Below, one piece after another: positions 9,398-19,078 of a stretch of 64,000 nucleotides of DNA; within the stretch, counting starts at the first letter, position 1, and each line of letters begins with the position of its first letter. Below the pieces are notes generated by a model. That model searched no databases and was not told the DNA's origin. It was given only the letters and a program-made list of their open reading frames with translations. The position numbers and the translations under genes were made by a program. This DNA comes from Faecousia sp. (GTDB lineage: Bacteria; Bacillota; Clostridia; Oscillospirales; Oscillospiraceae): the NCBI GenBank assembly GCA_045646265.1, contig JAZRKL010000139.1, positions 12,707-76,706 on the forward strand, in the 5' to 3' direction.

Positions 9398-12300
9398 TTA
9401 GAAAACTGTTACAGTGAGAGATGCGCTCTTGCCATAGGAAACACTCTTGCTGGAGACGCGAAGAACGGTCTTGCCAGCGGGAGCGGCTGCTCTGATTTCT
9501 GCAGCAGTGAAGCTGCAGGAGCCGCCGGAGGTCTGTACCTTGGTCAGAGTTACGGTGCCGGCCTTTCTGCCATAAATGTTCACATAGGTGACAGTGAGGG
9601 TAGCGACCTTGCCTGCCTTGATAGACACAGCATAGCCTTCGCCGTACTCCACTTCGGCAGCGGTAACGGAGGACTCGTCAACCAGAGCATAACCCTTGGG
9701 CAGCTTTGCCTTGACGGCAGCCAGAATCTCCTCAGCGGAGAAGCTTGCCTTTTCGCCCTCTACACCATTGCGGGTGATCTTAACGTTTGCAACGGTCTTG
9801 CCCTTGTAGTCCAACAGACGAATGTTGAGAACAGCGTCAGCATAGGTGACCTGGGGTGCCGCAGGCTTACCGGGCTTGCCGGGTTTCTCGGGCTTCTCAG
9901 GCTTGCCAGGCTTTTCAGGCTTACCGGGCTTCTCAGGCTTGGTCTCCTCGGGGACAGTGGGTTCTTCAGGCTCAGTGGGAGTCTCGGGTTCGGTGGGAAC
10001 CTCGGGTTCAGTGGGAGTCTCGGGGTTCTGCACATCGTTGTCGGTGTAACCCATTGCGACCAGAGCTGCCTCAATGTCCTCAGCAGTCAGTGCGTTGAAG
10101 GATGCGTTGGGATCATCGCAGATCTTCAGCAGGCTGACAGAAAGGATGCCCGTATTTCCGGTATTGGATATTGTGAAGGTATGGGTCTGCTCTGTACCGG
10201 GGTTAACGCCCAAGTCATAGAACATATCCACAGGAGAATTGATAGTCGTAGCATTGCCGCTATTAATGCGATAGGTGGGAGTACCCTTTGCGGCCTTCAA
10301 GCCAACCTGGACATCACGGGTAGTGGTAACGCTGAACACCAGAGTCTCGCCTGCACGAAGGAGAAGCTCATTCTTGGGTCCGTTATCCAGCAGATCTTGT
10401 GCAGTATAAGGAGTTTCAGCATTAGTGTTCTGTACAGATTCATTCGACAGGACAATCGCCAAATTGGGATCATCCTCACCGCCACTTACGGTGAATTGCT
10501 CATAGACCTGCTCAGCAAGCATAGCGACAGTACCGTACTGGGTGCTGGTAGTATCGCCAATATTAAGAGCAGTCAAAACGAGGTCGCGAAGCTCGTAGAA
10601 GTCGGGGTGGTCTTCCTTGTCATCTACGAAAACAGAGCTGTCAGCCAGCGTATTGTATACACGGAAGCCTGCAATGCTTACCGCATTACTATCGATGACC
10701 TTGGTGATCTGGACAGTATAGGTGCCATGGTCCAAATCGCGCTTGGACACAATAGTGTTACCCAGCAGAGAAGCCTGGTTACCGGTTGCACCAGTGGTTC
10801 CGTCCTTACCAATGGTATCCACAAGGTACAGATACTTCATGTTCCCTTCCGCATCCAGGATCTTAACGGAAATCTGGCTGTTAATTCCTGCAGTCAGGTC
10901 TACATAGAGATCAAAGCCTGTGCCGGTGAAAGTGAACTGTGCAGAAGAGCCTACTGTGGAAGTAACTGCTGCTTCACCGTTGCCGTTGTAGCTCGGCTCA
11001 TAACCAAAGTTATTCTTCTTTTCCTTCCACTTTTCTAATGTCTGGGTGGAAGTTGGCTTGCTGCCGGTACTTGCCCAAGTGCCGGTAAATTCCGTCAAGA
11101 AGCCTTCCTCATAGTTGACTGTAGTTGCAGGACCGACACCCACATTGGTAGTAGTTGCATTAGTTTCTCCGTCAAAGAGGATGGATATCGTAAGAACATC
11201 AATGTTCGGCAAGACCTGCGTCGGGGTATAAGTAAAGGTTTGTGTAGATTCGTTATAGCTTAATGTGCCATACCGAGCAGCAGAATTTACGGTTACTGTC
11301 TCGACAAGATCGGTTTGGCCTTCACCAACAACATCGCTCAGAGGGAAGTTGATGGGCATGCCAAAGTCAATCACATAAATAGGAGACAAGGCATTCGTAT
11401 TAATGTTATAGTACAAATACAGGGTCTTGCCATCGGCAGAGATTTCGGATCCTGTATAATCATACAGATTACTGTTGTACTTACCTACGGCCTCGGGAAC
11501 CTTAGTCAGATCGGTCTGGAAGTTCTGCGTAACACCGTAGACGTTCTTAATACCACAACCGGTGACATTGATTCGGCCGTCTTCCATAGAAGAAGGATTA
11601 CCAACCAAACTGTTTGTAAAGTTTTTGTCTGCAGGGACAGTGATGTTGTATTCGTACAGGGTATCGCCGAACTTTTCGTCGTAGTAAATAACCTTTAGAG
11701 AGTCTTCGGTCTCAACAGCACGGACATAGACACGAATCAAGATAGCTTCTTTGTTTTCGTTCCACATCAGGTTGTCCTTGGGATCCTCATTTGTGGGATG
11801 GGAGGTGTTGTTATAAATGGAGGCTGTCTCAGATTCGCCGGACCACACAACCTTTTCGTTGTTGTCCCAAGTAAATGCGGTAACTTGAGCAGTACCCCAC
11901 TCAATTGTAGAAGCAGAACCTCTATTAAAAGTCACGCTAACGGAGCCGGTTTCTGCAGTGATCTGATAGATATTAAACTGACCTAAGGTATCGAATGCAA
12001 AGGTGCCGATACCACGACCATTGTCCCAATAGTTGTAGATAATGGTTTTGCTGTCCAGGTCTTCAGCAGTGGTAGTTGCAGGGTTACCGCTGCCATCCTC
12101 ATAAACGATCTGCAGGGAGATGGAGCAGTATTTGCTGGTATCGGCATAGGAGGATGCAGGGCTGCCATCACCCAACTTACCCCAGTCAGCTGCGTTGACA
12201 TGAAGCTCAGTAGTGCCGTTGGCATTCTGGATATCGATCACTTCCATGTAGTAGGCAACGATCTGATTATCATTCAGGTCTACATCCAGCCAAGTAGCGC

Positions 12301-15037
12301 CGGCCAGCATCTGCCATCTGCGGCCATTGCCATCGCCGGGATCGTAATAACGAACACGTGTTACAGCGTCACCATTGGTGGTTTCGTCATCAGCAGAATC
12401 CGTTGTCTGCTCCTCGGTACCGCTGGTAGAGTTATTGGTCTGGTTCTTGTCCAGCAGACGGACATGCCAGAACTCAACTTCACGGTCATCGCCGGAGTCG
12501 CCGTCCTTCTTGATGGTCCACGCGGGCATTAGCGCATTGATGTCCGCGCCCTCGGCAGTTGCAACGCCCGCAGTAGCAGCACTAATTTGCTGTGTGGTCA
12601 CAGGGTTTGCAGATGTAGATTCCACTGTGCGGGTAACAATGTTGGTGATCCAGTACTCGACAGTCAGAGGAGTAACAGTAGAAGGATCAAAAGCAACTAC
12701 ATTGATCGTGTAAATCGCATTGTTTGTAGTAACGGTTGTGGTACCAACACTCTTAGCGGTAATCGTCAGTGTATTATTTTCAATCTTCGCATCCACAACA
12801 GTGGAATCTGCAACCACGGGAGCAGATGTGCTGTTATCGGCATAGGTCTTACTGTCACCAACAGTGATGGTAGCAGACTCCTGCTTCTTGCTGACCACGA
12901 TCTTGTAGGTAGTGCCATCAATTTCTACATAGGTTTCGCCTACGCCAATCGCAGTAAAGGTCACTGTGCTTTCATCAACAGGGTCGGTAGTAGTGGAGCT
13001 CACATCGTACAGGTAGGACTTATTATTACTACTGGTAGATGTAGCCCAGGAACTTCCATTGTAATACAGATACCTATTGGTATTAGAATTGTTATTTCTA
13101 CCACAGAAGCCAGTGCTATAACGCCAGTTATAAGAGGATGTGGATCCAGAAATGCTGCCACTGCTGTAGTACAAATAATAGTTTCCGCTCTTAATCGTCC
13201 AGCGATTGCTATCTGTACAGGTAACAGTAAAGATAGTAGCCTTCGCTATTTCTTCTGTGTAACCTAAAGCGCCAGTACTGCTCATGGTCAGATATCCATC
13301 ACCAGATTTAATTACACCAGTATCTTCCCATGCACTACCGAACCATCCACCATCATCATTTTCAGGAACAATTTGCTCACCCAGAGTGACAACAGTTTCA
13401 CCCTCAACCTTTTCATAGGAAACGGTAACACTGGCCACCCCGGCAGGATCAGGCGTATATGTACCGCTCAGATTCTTGTCTTTAACAACAAACTCATGGG
13501 TTCCGCCAACTTCCAACTCAATCAACTCATCATAGTCAGAAGCATAAGTCACAACACCGGACAGGTGGGGAACAGTGAAAGTAAACACACCGTTTTCCAG
13601 CTTGCCCTCGATGCCCAGTACCTCCTCGCCGCTATCACTGGCCAGAACACCACCGCGGACGCGGGTCCAATCAGAGGGAACGGGAATAGAAATCTCAATC
13701 TCGTCGGTGTAGGAATTCTCGCCCACGAAAGCACTTACATCATAAGCCAGGATCTTGCTGACACCCTCGATGGTGGGGATGACAGTTTCGTCCTTGATCT
13801 CAGTGATAGTCAGGTCGGTCAGACCGGGAGCGGAGGCAACGATACCGGTAGCTTCGTCGGTCTTGGTGACAGTCTCGGGAACTACTTCGTTGGGACCGGT
13901 GAAGTAAGTGGGGTTGCTGTCAGCCAAGGTGTTGATCAGCGTCATCACATTGGACTTGTAGGTCTCGTAGTCTACAGAAGGATCATCGCACCATACGCAC
14001 TGCATAGCGCCCATGGAGGTGACGCCGGACTTGTGGTCGGTGACAGTGGTAACGCTCTCGGACTGGGCATTAGACAGAGCACTCTCATAGCAATAGGTGC
14101 TATTGACGGCCTGTCTACGGCCCAGAACATAGTACCAACGCTCGTTGGTATTCAGGATCTGGTGACCCTTGCTCTGCAGGAAGGTGGTGGAAGCGGGCTT
14201 GATGCCGCCCCAGCCGCCGGTCCACGCAGCAACGACCAGACGGGTGTCAAAGGTGCCGAAAGAGGTGTTTTCACGGAAGTAGATACCGTCGTTGAAGGCA
14301 ATGGGGGTCATGCCCAGATCGCAGATATCCGCAACCAGGGTGTTGACATAGGTAATGAAATTACCGTACATATTGTTGTCGATCAGATAGCCGAAGCCCA
14401 TGCCGGTAGAGTCGGCGGTATGGTAGTCGTTGGCATATTCGTCAGCGCCGATGTTGAAGTACTTACAGCCCTTGCCGTCAAAGTACTCAGCGTACTTCAT
14501 GACCAGCGCCTGGGTAAAGGCAACGGCATCAGCATTCTCCAGATCAACAGTTCTGGAGGAATATTCATAGTAGCCGTCAATGCCGCAGGCGGACATTGCA
14601 GCCAGAATGGCGTCCATATGGCCGGGGTTATTCACCAGAGGAATGATCTCAATGCCCTTGGTCTTTGCGTAGGCAATGATTTCGTCCATCTCAGTTTCGG
14701 TCCACTCACCGGCATGGGAGTACTTCTTGTTGCCGGACTGGATGCCAGACTTAATGGTCTCACTGTCGTAAGTAGTACCATTTGCTTCAATGGACATATC
14801 GTCCAGAAGCAGACGCAGACCGTCATTACCAATGGCCAGCTCCATATGGCTGTAACCCTTGTTGGAGATTGCGTCAATCAGTTCCTTCACCTGATCGACG
14901 GTGAAGTACTTACGGCCGCAATCCAGATGGAACACGCGGATAAAGTCATTATCTGCAGCAAAGGCATTCAAAGGCATAACACTGAGCATCATGCACAGCA
15001 CCAGCACCAAAGACAGCAGGCGTTTAACATTCTTCAT
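9398..15037 (-). CDS. Large secreted GH20 beta-N-acetylhexosaminidase (StrH-like catalytic domain) with many beta-rich accessory domains
   Basis: Signal peptide; LDCGRKYF, IGNDGLR, NNPGHM and the catalytic GADE pair; Pro/Glu/Lys linker near the C-terminus. Confidence 0.85.
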   Translation of the reverse strand: MKNVKRLLSLVLVLCMMLSVMPLNAFAADNDFIRVFHLDCGRKYFTVDQVKELIDAISNKGYSHMELAIGNDGLRLLLDDMSIEANGTTYDSETIKSGIQSGNKKYSHAGEWTETEMDEIIAYAKTKGIEIIPLVNNPGHMDAILAAMSACGIDGYYEYSSRTVDLENADAVAFTQALVMKYAEYFDGKGCKYFNIGADEYANDYHTADSTGMGFGYLIDNNMYGNFITYVNTLVADICDLGMTPIAFNDGIYFRENTSFGTFDTRLVVAAWTGGWGGIKPASTTFLQSKGHQILNTNERWYYVLGRRQAVNSTYCYESALSNAQSESVTTVTDHKSGVTSMGAMQCVWCDDPSVDYETYKSNVMTLINTLADSNPTYFTGPNEVVPETVTKTDEATGIVASAPGLTDLTITEIKDETVIPTIEGVSKILAYDVSAFVGENSYTDEIEISIPVPSDWTRVRGGVLASDSGEEVLGIEGKLENGVFTFTVPHLSGVVTYASDYDELIELEVGGTHEFVVKDKNLSGTYTPDPAGVASVTVSYEKVEGETVVTLGEQIVPENDDGGWFGSAWEDTGVIKSGDGYLTMSSTGALGYTEEIAKATIFTVTCTDSNRWTIKSGNYYLYYSSGSISGSTSSYNWRYSTGFCGRNNNSNTNRYLYYNGSSWATSTSSNNKSYLYDVSSTTTDPVDESTVTFTAIGVGETYVEIDGTTYKIVVSKKQESATITVGDSKTYADNSTSAPVVADSTVVDAKIENNTLTITAKSVGTTTVTTNNAIYTINVVAFDPSTVTPLTVEYWITNIVTRTVESTSANPVTTQQISAATAGVATAEGADINALMPAWTIKKDGDSGDDREVEFWHVRLLDKNQTNNSTSGTEEQTTDSADDETTNGDAVTRVRYYDPGDGNGRRWQMLAGATWLDVDLNDNQIVAYYMEVIDIQNANGTTELHVNAADWGKLGDGSPASSYADTSKYCSISLQIVYEDGSGNPATTTAEDLDSKTIIYNYWDNGRGIGTFAFDTLGQFNIYQITAETGSVSVTFNRGSASTIEWGTAQVTAFTWDNNEKVVWSGESETASIYNNTSHPTNEDPKDNLMWNENKEAILIRVYVRAVETEDSLKVIYYDEKFGDTLYEYNITVPADKNFTNSLVGNPSSMEDGRINVTGCGIKNVYGVTQNFQTDLTKVPEAVGKYNSNLYDYTGSEISADGKTLYLYYNINTNALSPIYVIDFGMPINFPLSDVVGEGQTDLVETVTVNSAARYGTLSYNESTQTFTYTPTQVLPNIDVLTISILFDGETNATTTNVGVGPATTVNYEEGFLTEFTGTWASTGSKPTSTQTLEKWKEKKNNFGYEPSYNGNGEAAVTSTVGSSAQFTFTGTGFDLYVDLTAGINSQISVKILDAEGNMKYLYLVDTIGKDGTTGATGNQASLLGNTIVSKRDLDHGTYTVQITKVIDSNAVSIAGFRVYNTLADSSVFVDDKEDHPDFYELRDLVLTALNIGDTTSTQYGTVAMLAEQVYEQFTVSGGEDDPNLAIVLSNESVQNTNAETPYTAQDLLDNGPKNELLLRAGETLVFSVTTTRDVQVGLKAAKGTPTYRINSGNATTINSPVDMFYDLGVNPGTEQTHTFTISNTGNTGILSVSLLKICDDPNASFNALTAEDIEAALVAMGYTDNDVQNPETPTEPEVPTEPETPTEPEEPTVPEETKPEKPGKPEKPGKPEKPEKPGKPGKPAAPQVTYADAVLNIRLLDYKGKTVANVKITRNGVEGEKASFSAEEILAAVKAKLPKGYALVDESSVTAAEVEYGEGYAVSIKAGKVATLTVTYVNIYGRKAGTVTLTKVQTSGGSCSFTAAEIRAAAPAGKTVLRVSSKSVSYGKSASLTVTVF
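9862..10028 (-). repeat. Coding tandem repeats (PETPTE / PEKPGK linker)
   Basis: Visible 9-bp and 18-bp degenerate repeats. Confidence 0.8.
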
Positions 15038-15132
15038 TTTCTTACCTCCTCGGTATTTGTTTGCGAATGAAATATATATACATTGCTATAAAGCAAGAAT
15101 TTCCGGTGCAGCTTGCGTTTACTGCGGGAAGA

Positions 15133-15209
15133 CCCTCTCAGTCACGGCGAATGCCGTGCCAGCTCTCCCAAAGGGAGAGCCTTTCAGGAGGGTTAAGACC
15201 CTCCCCTAC
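15133..15209. repeat. REP-like intergenic palindromes
   Basis: CCCTCTCAGTC-ACGGC-GAAT-GCCGT-GCCAGCTCTCCC-AAA-GGGAGAGC, then GGAGGG-TTAAGA-CCCTCC-CCTAC. Confidence 0.6.
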
Positions 15210-15213
15210 GAAT

Positions 15214-16350
15214 TCAGTCGTTGGGGGAAAGGGTTTTTCGTGCTATTTCTTGCATGCGCCGGGTCGCTTTGCACATGTAGGTGGGAATGCCATCACACTT
15301 TCCGGTCTCCGCATAGGAGATGGCAGCGCAGGGATGGCAAATACCGGCATTGGGACATTTATGACATATCCCTGACAGCCTTAGGTTCTCTGCCAACTGC
15401 GTCAGCTCCTGCCAGCCATCAGTAAAGGACCTTTCCTTTAACTCTACCTTAGGCTCCGGCATCATGCCGCAGGGGGTCAGCCAGCCATCCCAGGTGATCC
15501 AGAAGGAGGCTCTGCCTGCACGGCAGCGGATCTTGCCGTCCAGAGGATCAATGCAGCCCTCATCCAATCCGGGAGGATCCACAGAACCGTCAAGAATGCT
15601 CCGCAGATACTTTGCGTATGCCGCATCCCCACGGTTTCGCCGCAGATAATGGAGCATGAATTCCGCTGATTCCTCCGGATCAAACCGCTCATTGACACCA
15701 ATCATCGCAAGATCTCTGCGGATCGGCGGGAACATGTAGGTGGCTACCGACAGCACCACATTTTTCAATGCAGCATAATCAATGATCCAGTCCAGATCCC
15801 GGGCATTCTGGGGAGTCAGGGAGCAATTGAGCTTTACCGGGATCCCGGCATCCAACAGCCCAGAAACAGCAGCATCCACTTTGGTAAAAACACCGTCCAC
15901 GCCGCAAAGCTCCCGGTAGGTGGCATCGCTGGCACCATAGAGAGTGATATTCACTTTTAGCGGCGGCTTTCTCGTAAAATGGCATATGGCTTTCTCATCA
16001 ATGAGAGAACCATTGGTATTGATTGAAATCAAAAAGCCCATATCAATGAGCTCATCATAAAGCGTCCAGAAGTCCGGCCAGAGCAGGGGTTCACCGCCGG
16101 TAAGCAGCAGATACAGCATTCCGGCTTCCCGGGCCTCATGAGCGATCCTGCGCCAGTCTTCCAAGGTGAACATCTGCCGGGAATGCGCCCGAACCTCCTG
16201 AGGTGTCTTGCGCACATAGCACATCCGGCAGGAAAAATTACAGACCGGAGAAAGCTCAAAGGTGCCGCTTAAGGGAACCTTCATGCGTGTAGCCTTGGCA
16301 TAGAGAAAATCCGTCAAAGGCCGGGAAGGAAGATTATTCTGTTCCATCAC
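15214..16350 (-). CDS. Radical SAM / SPASM domain protein (putative peptide maturase)
   Basis: CNFSCRMC, TGGEPLL, and SPASM cysteines CRAG...PC...CHKC...CHPC...C. Confidence 0.9.
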   Translation of the reverse strand: MMEQNNLPSRPLTDFLYAKATRMKVPLSGTFELSPVCNFSCRMCYVRKTPQEVRAHSRQMFTLEDWRRIAHEAREAGMLYLLLTGGEPLLWPDFWTLYDELIDMGFLISINTNGSLIDEKAICHFTRKPPLKVNITLYGASDATYRELCGVDGVFTKVDAAVSGLLDAGIPVKLNCSLTPQNARDLDWIIDYAALKNVVLSVATYMFPPIRRDLAMIGVNERFDPEESAEFMLHYLRRNRGDAAYAKYLRSILDGSVDPPGLDEGCIDPLDGKIRCRAGRASFWITWDGWLTPCGMMPEPKVELKERSFTDGWQELTQLAENLRLSGICHKCPNAGICHPCAAISYAETGKCDGIPTYMCKATRRMQEIARKTLSPND

Positions 16351-17234
16351 AGCGCGCCCTCCTTTTCTAGGCCTTGCTCCAGAAATTCCACAGCCGCCAC
16401 ATCCGGCGTGCAGTCAAATTCATACACAGGCACCGTAGTGCTGAGCTCCAATGCCAGATCGCAGGCAGCTTCCACGGCCGTGGCATCCCACGCAGGGACT
16501 GTCAGACCGGACCAAACCGCCCGAAAAGCTTCCTTGGCGCTGAGCCTGCGGAGGCTGCAGCTTCCCGCCTGCCGGAGCATAACGATAGCACGCACTGGGC
16601 AGCTTTCATTTACATGGCAGTTTGAGGATCCCGCATAGGGTGAGCCCCAGGCAAGCCACTCTTCATTCCCTTTTGAGAGAATAGGGCGATCGCCATTGAT
16701 CTGTTCTGCTCCACGGTGCTTACACCACAAGTCAGCCTGAGTCGACTTTCCAATGCCGGAAGGACCGGAAAACAGGATGCCACCCCACTGCGTCCTCACA
16801 CAGGCAGCATGGAGACACAATCTATGTTCATGGATCAGAATACCTTCAAAGCACAGGTGCGCAAAGCTGTTATGCAACTCAGAAACACAATGCGATCCTT
16901 TTTCTAAATACTGCACTTGTATCGTCCTGCATGTATAATCGCATAAAGCTACAGCATAGGGAGAATAGTCACGAGGTGGATCAAAGAATGTCCTCACTTT
17001 TTTTCCATCAAAGTCCGGATGAACGCGGTAACAAGCATCCTCATAGAGGATCTTCTCCGAAACCGGCGGCAAGCTATCAACGCATCGGAACTGCACTGTA
17101 TACCCTAATTGGACATTCTCTACCTCTACAACAAAGGGAAGAAATTCCGACTCGATTTGCCAACACTGGTCTGTTTGGAGTGACAAGGGGATCCCCCCTA
17201 TGCAAACGCAACAGCCGAATGTTTCCCTCATCAA
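16347..17234 (-). CDS. HPr-kinase-related P-loop protein (ScmC / lasso-kinase-like)
   Basis: LHAACV, GILFSGPSGIGKST, INGDRP, GSPYAG motifs. Confidence 0.8.
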   Translation of the reverse strand: MMRETFGCCVCIGGIPLSLQTDQCWQIESEFLPFVVEVENVQLGYTVQFRCVDSLPPVSEKILYEDACYRVHPDFDGKKVRTFFDPPRDYSPYAVALCDYTCRTIQVQYLEKGSHCVSELHNSFAHLCFEGILIHEHRLCLHAACVRTQWGGILFSGPSGIGKSTQADLWCKHRGAEQINGDRPILSKGNEEWLAWGSPYAGSSNCHVNESCPVRAIVMLRQAGSCSLRRLSAKEAFRAVWSGLTVPAWDATAVEAACDLALELSTTVPVYEFDCTPDVAAVEFLEQGLEKEGAL

Positions 17235-17491
17235 GAAGCAAACGTATTCATACCGCTACCTCCGTTGGTAGCGCAGTAGGCTTCATACTTTGTAGCGCAA
17301 TCGCTCACTGCACTTGTAAAGACCACGATACCGGCACCAGCAAAAAAGCTGTCATCCGAGATTGCTTCGCAAACCAAAGGATCGGAATGTGTTCGGGTTC
17401 CATCCACAACAAACTCCAACGCACAGTCAGCAATGTGCTGGCTCAGCTCATAGCGCTCGAAGAAAAGCTCGGGCTTTACGTATTTCTTCAT
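17231..17491 (-). CDS. Putative RiPP precursor peptide (86 aa, 4 Cys, C-terminal Ser)
   Basis: GAGG RBS; MKKYVKPEL (YxxPxL leader motif); Cys23/41/65/73; ends NTFAS; stop overlaps the kinase start. Confidence 0.7.
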   Translation of the reverse strand: MKKYVKPELFFERYELSQHIADCALEFVVDGTRTHSDPLVCEAISDDSFFAGAGIVVFTSAVSDCATKYEAYCATNGGSGMNTFAS

Positions 17492-17502
17492 GACAATACC
17501 TC

Positions 17503-18516
17503 TCATTCGTTATTGATCTCCACACAGACCACTTCAGCCATGCCCAGGATGCAATCCACAGCATCGACTGTCACAGTACCGCGGGGAGGAAGATTTTTAA
17601 CTTCATATTGATATGTGATGCCGCCGAAGTACTCCTCGCCAAGGGGGCAGCGGCAATATACCACTAAATTGGACAGTGCCTGATCGGAATTATTCGTCAG
17701 AGTCACTGTTGTTCCGTCTGTGGAGACCGAAATCTTCGCAGGGATCGGATTCAGGCCGGGCACAAAGGATGTAGTGCAGTTGACCGTTCTGCAGGTGGCA
17801 TTGGCACCAATGGAAGCATTTTCTTTAGAGAATGCCATGGCGCTCTGACCTGAAGGAAGGTTCGTTACGGTAAAGGTCAGCTTCTTCCCATCCGCCAATG
17901 TGATGGTCAGATCCGCCCTTGCCAAGTAGGTGTCAGAGGTGTTTTTCAAGAGGATCGTAGCGATATCCGATCCCTCTTGATTACCGGCATCCGGATTGAT
18001 GCCACTGAACTGGAAGAGGTTTTCCAGCTTCAAGCCGCCATCCAGCATTGCGGGCAAACTCACAACAGACTGCTGAGACTGGGAAGGCGGTGTTGTACCA
18101 TCGGGCGTGCCGGGTACGGTGGTCTCGCTGGGAGCCGGTTCCGTCTGCTCGGGCTCGGTAGGGGCCGTTGTTTCTTCCGGAGCAGTGGTTCCACCGGGTG
18201 TCGGTTCTGTCTGTTCAGGCTCGGTAGACACTTCGCTGTCTTGCGGTTGGGTGTCCTGCTGAGGCTCTGTGTTCTCAACGGGGACAGTAGTATCGTTGCC
18301 GGGTGTTTCATCTGTCTGCGAATTCTGTGTGGGTTGGGTATCTTCGCTGTTTTGCAGATCATACAATATACCCGGCATGAGGAACAGCCGAAATGCGATC
18401 AGTGCCAGAAGAATTCCGGCCAGTACCCACACAAGTATCTTTAAAATTGTACTTCCGCGGTGCTGCGGTTTCCGCTTTTTAGCAGACTTGGGTTTTACCT
18501 TGCTGTATTTTCCCAT
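17503..18516 (-). CDS. Membrane-anchored protein with a Pro/Thr/Glu linker and C-terminal beta-sandwich domains
   Basis: Basic N-terminus, one TM helix, low-complexity PT/PE linker, two beta-rich repeats containing Cys. Confidence 0.7.
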   Translation of the reverse strand: MGKYSKVKPKSAKKRKPQHRGSTILKILVWVLAGILLALIAFRLFLMPGILYDLQNSEDTQPTQNSQTDETPGNDTTVPVENTEPQQDTQPQDSEVSTEPEQTEPTPGGTTAPEETTAPTEPEQTEPAPSETTVPGTPDGTTPPSQSQQSVVSLPAMLDGGLKLENLFQFSGINPDAGNQEGSDIATILLKNTSDTYLARADLTITLADGKKLTFTVTNLPSGQSAMAFSKENASIGANATCRTVNCTTSFVPGLNPIPAKISVSTDGTTVTLTNNSDQALSNLVVYCRCPLGEEYFGGITYQYEVKNLPPRGTVTVDAVDCILGMAEVVCVEINNE

Positions 18517-18517
18517 G

Positions 18518-18787
18518 TCATTCCTCCACCAGCATATTCAGCTGGCGCATCTGGTCCAGAAAGGCATCCACATCTACCCTGGCCACTTCTTCCGTAACAT
18601 CATACTCAGCGCACAGGGCACGAACCAGATCATCGCGGGAGCAATCCTCCTGCAATTTTTCATATAGGAGACATCCGCTCTCGGACAGAGCGATAAGGCC
18701 CCTTGTTGTCAGCGCCGCTTCGCCGGTTGGAAGCAGCAGATACTCATCTGCTATATTTCTGAGAATATAATTCTTGCTAACTTTCAT
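18518..18787 (-). CDS. PqqD-family RiPP recognition element (RRE)
   Basis: YILRNIADEYLLLP...LSESGCLLYEKL...LCAEYDV...DVDAFLDQMRQ; alternative start at 18850. Confidence 0.9.
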   Translation of the reverse strand: MKVSKNYILRNIADEYLLLPTGEAALTTRGLIALSESGCLLYEKLQEDCSRDDLVRALCAEYDVTEEVARVDVDAFLDQMRQLNMLVEE

Positions 18788-18943
18788 AGTTTCATCTTCG
18801 GCATGCCCGGAAAAGGCATTCCCTTTTTGCTGCACTCCGCACCGCATCATACCTTTTTAGGGTCATAACAAGGCGTTTTGCTATATGAATCCAATTGGAA
18901 TAGCACCAAAAAAGCAGAATTCTCCTTATATATATTCCATACT

Positions 18944-18972
18944 ATTATACGGCTTTACACAACGTAAGTCAA
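18944..18972 (-). promoter_or_regulatory. Internal sigma-A promoter for the PqqD-precursor-kinase-rSAM operon
   Basis: TTGACT-N17-TATAAT. Confidence 0.7.
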
Positions 18973-19078
18973 TATGTATTTGTCCCATTTTTCAAAGCCT
19001 AACCACCGGGGGTTTTGGGAACATTTCTAAAAGAGTAAGTGTTCGGAAAGGTGGTGCTCTGCGCAGCGGTTTTTTCGC

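Noticed and set aside
13373-15070. 565-aa plus-strand ORF
   Set aside because: Antisense shadow of the codon-biased GH20 gene; no motifs or RBS
15214-18787. PQQ biosynthesis (pqqD/pqqE)
   Set aside because: No pqqB or pqqC, and the peptide does not resemble the short ExxxY-core PqqA precursor
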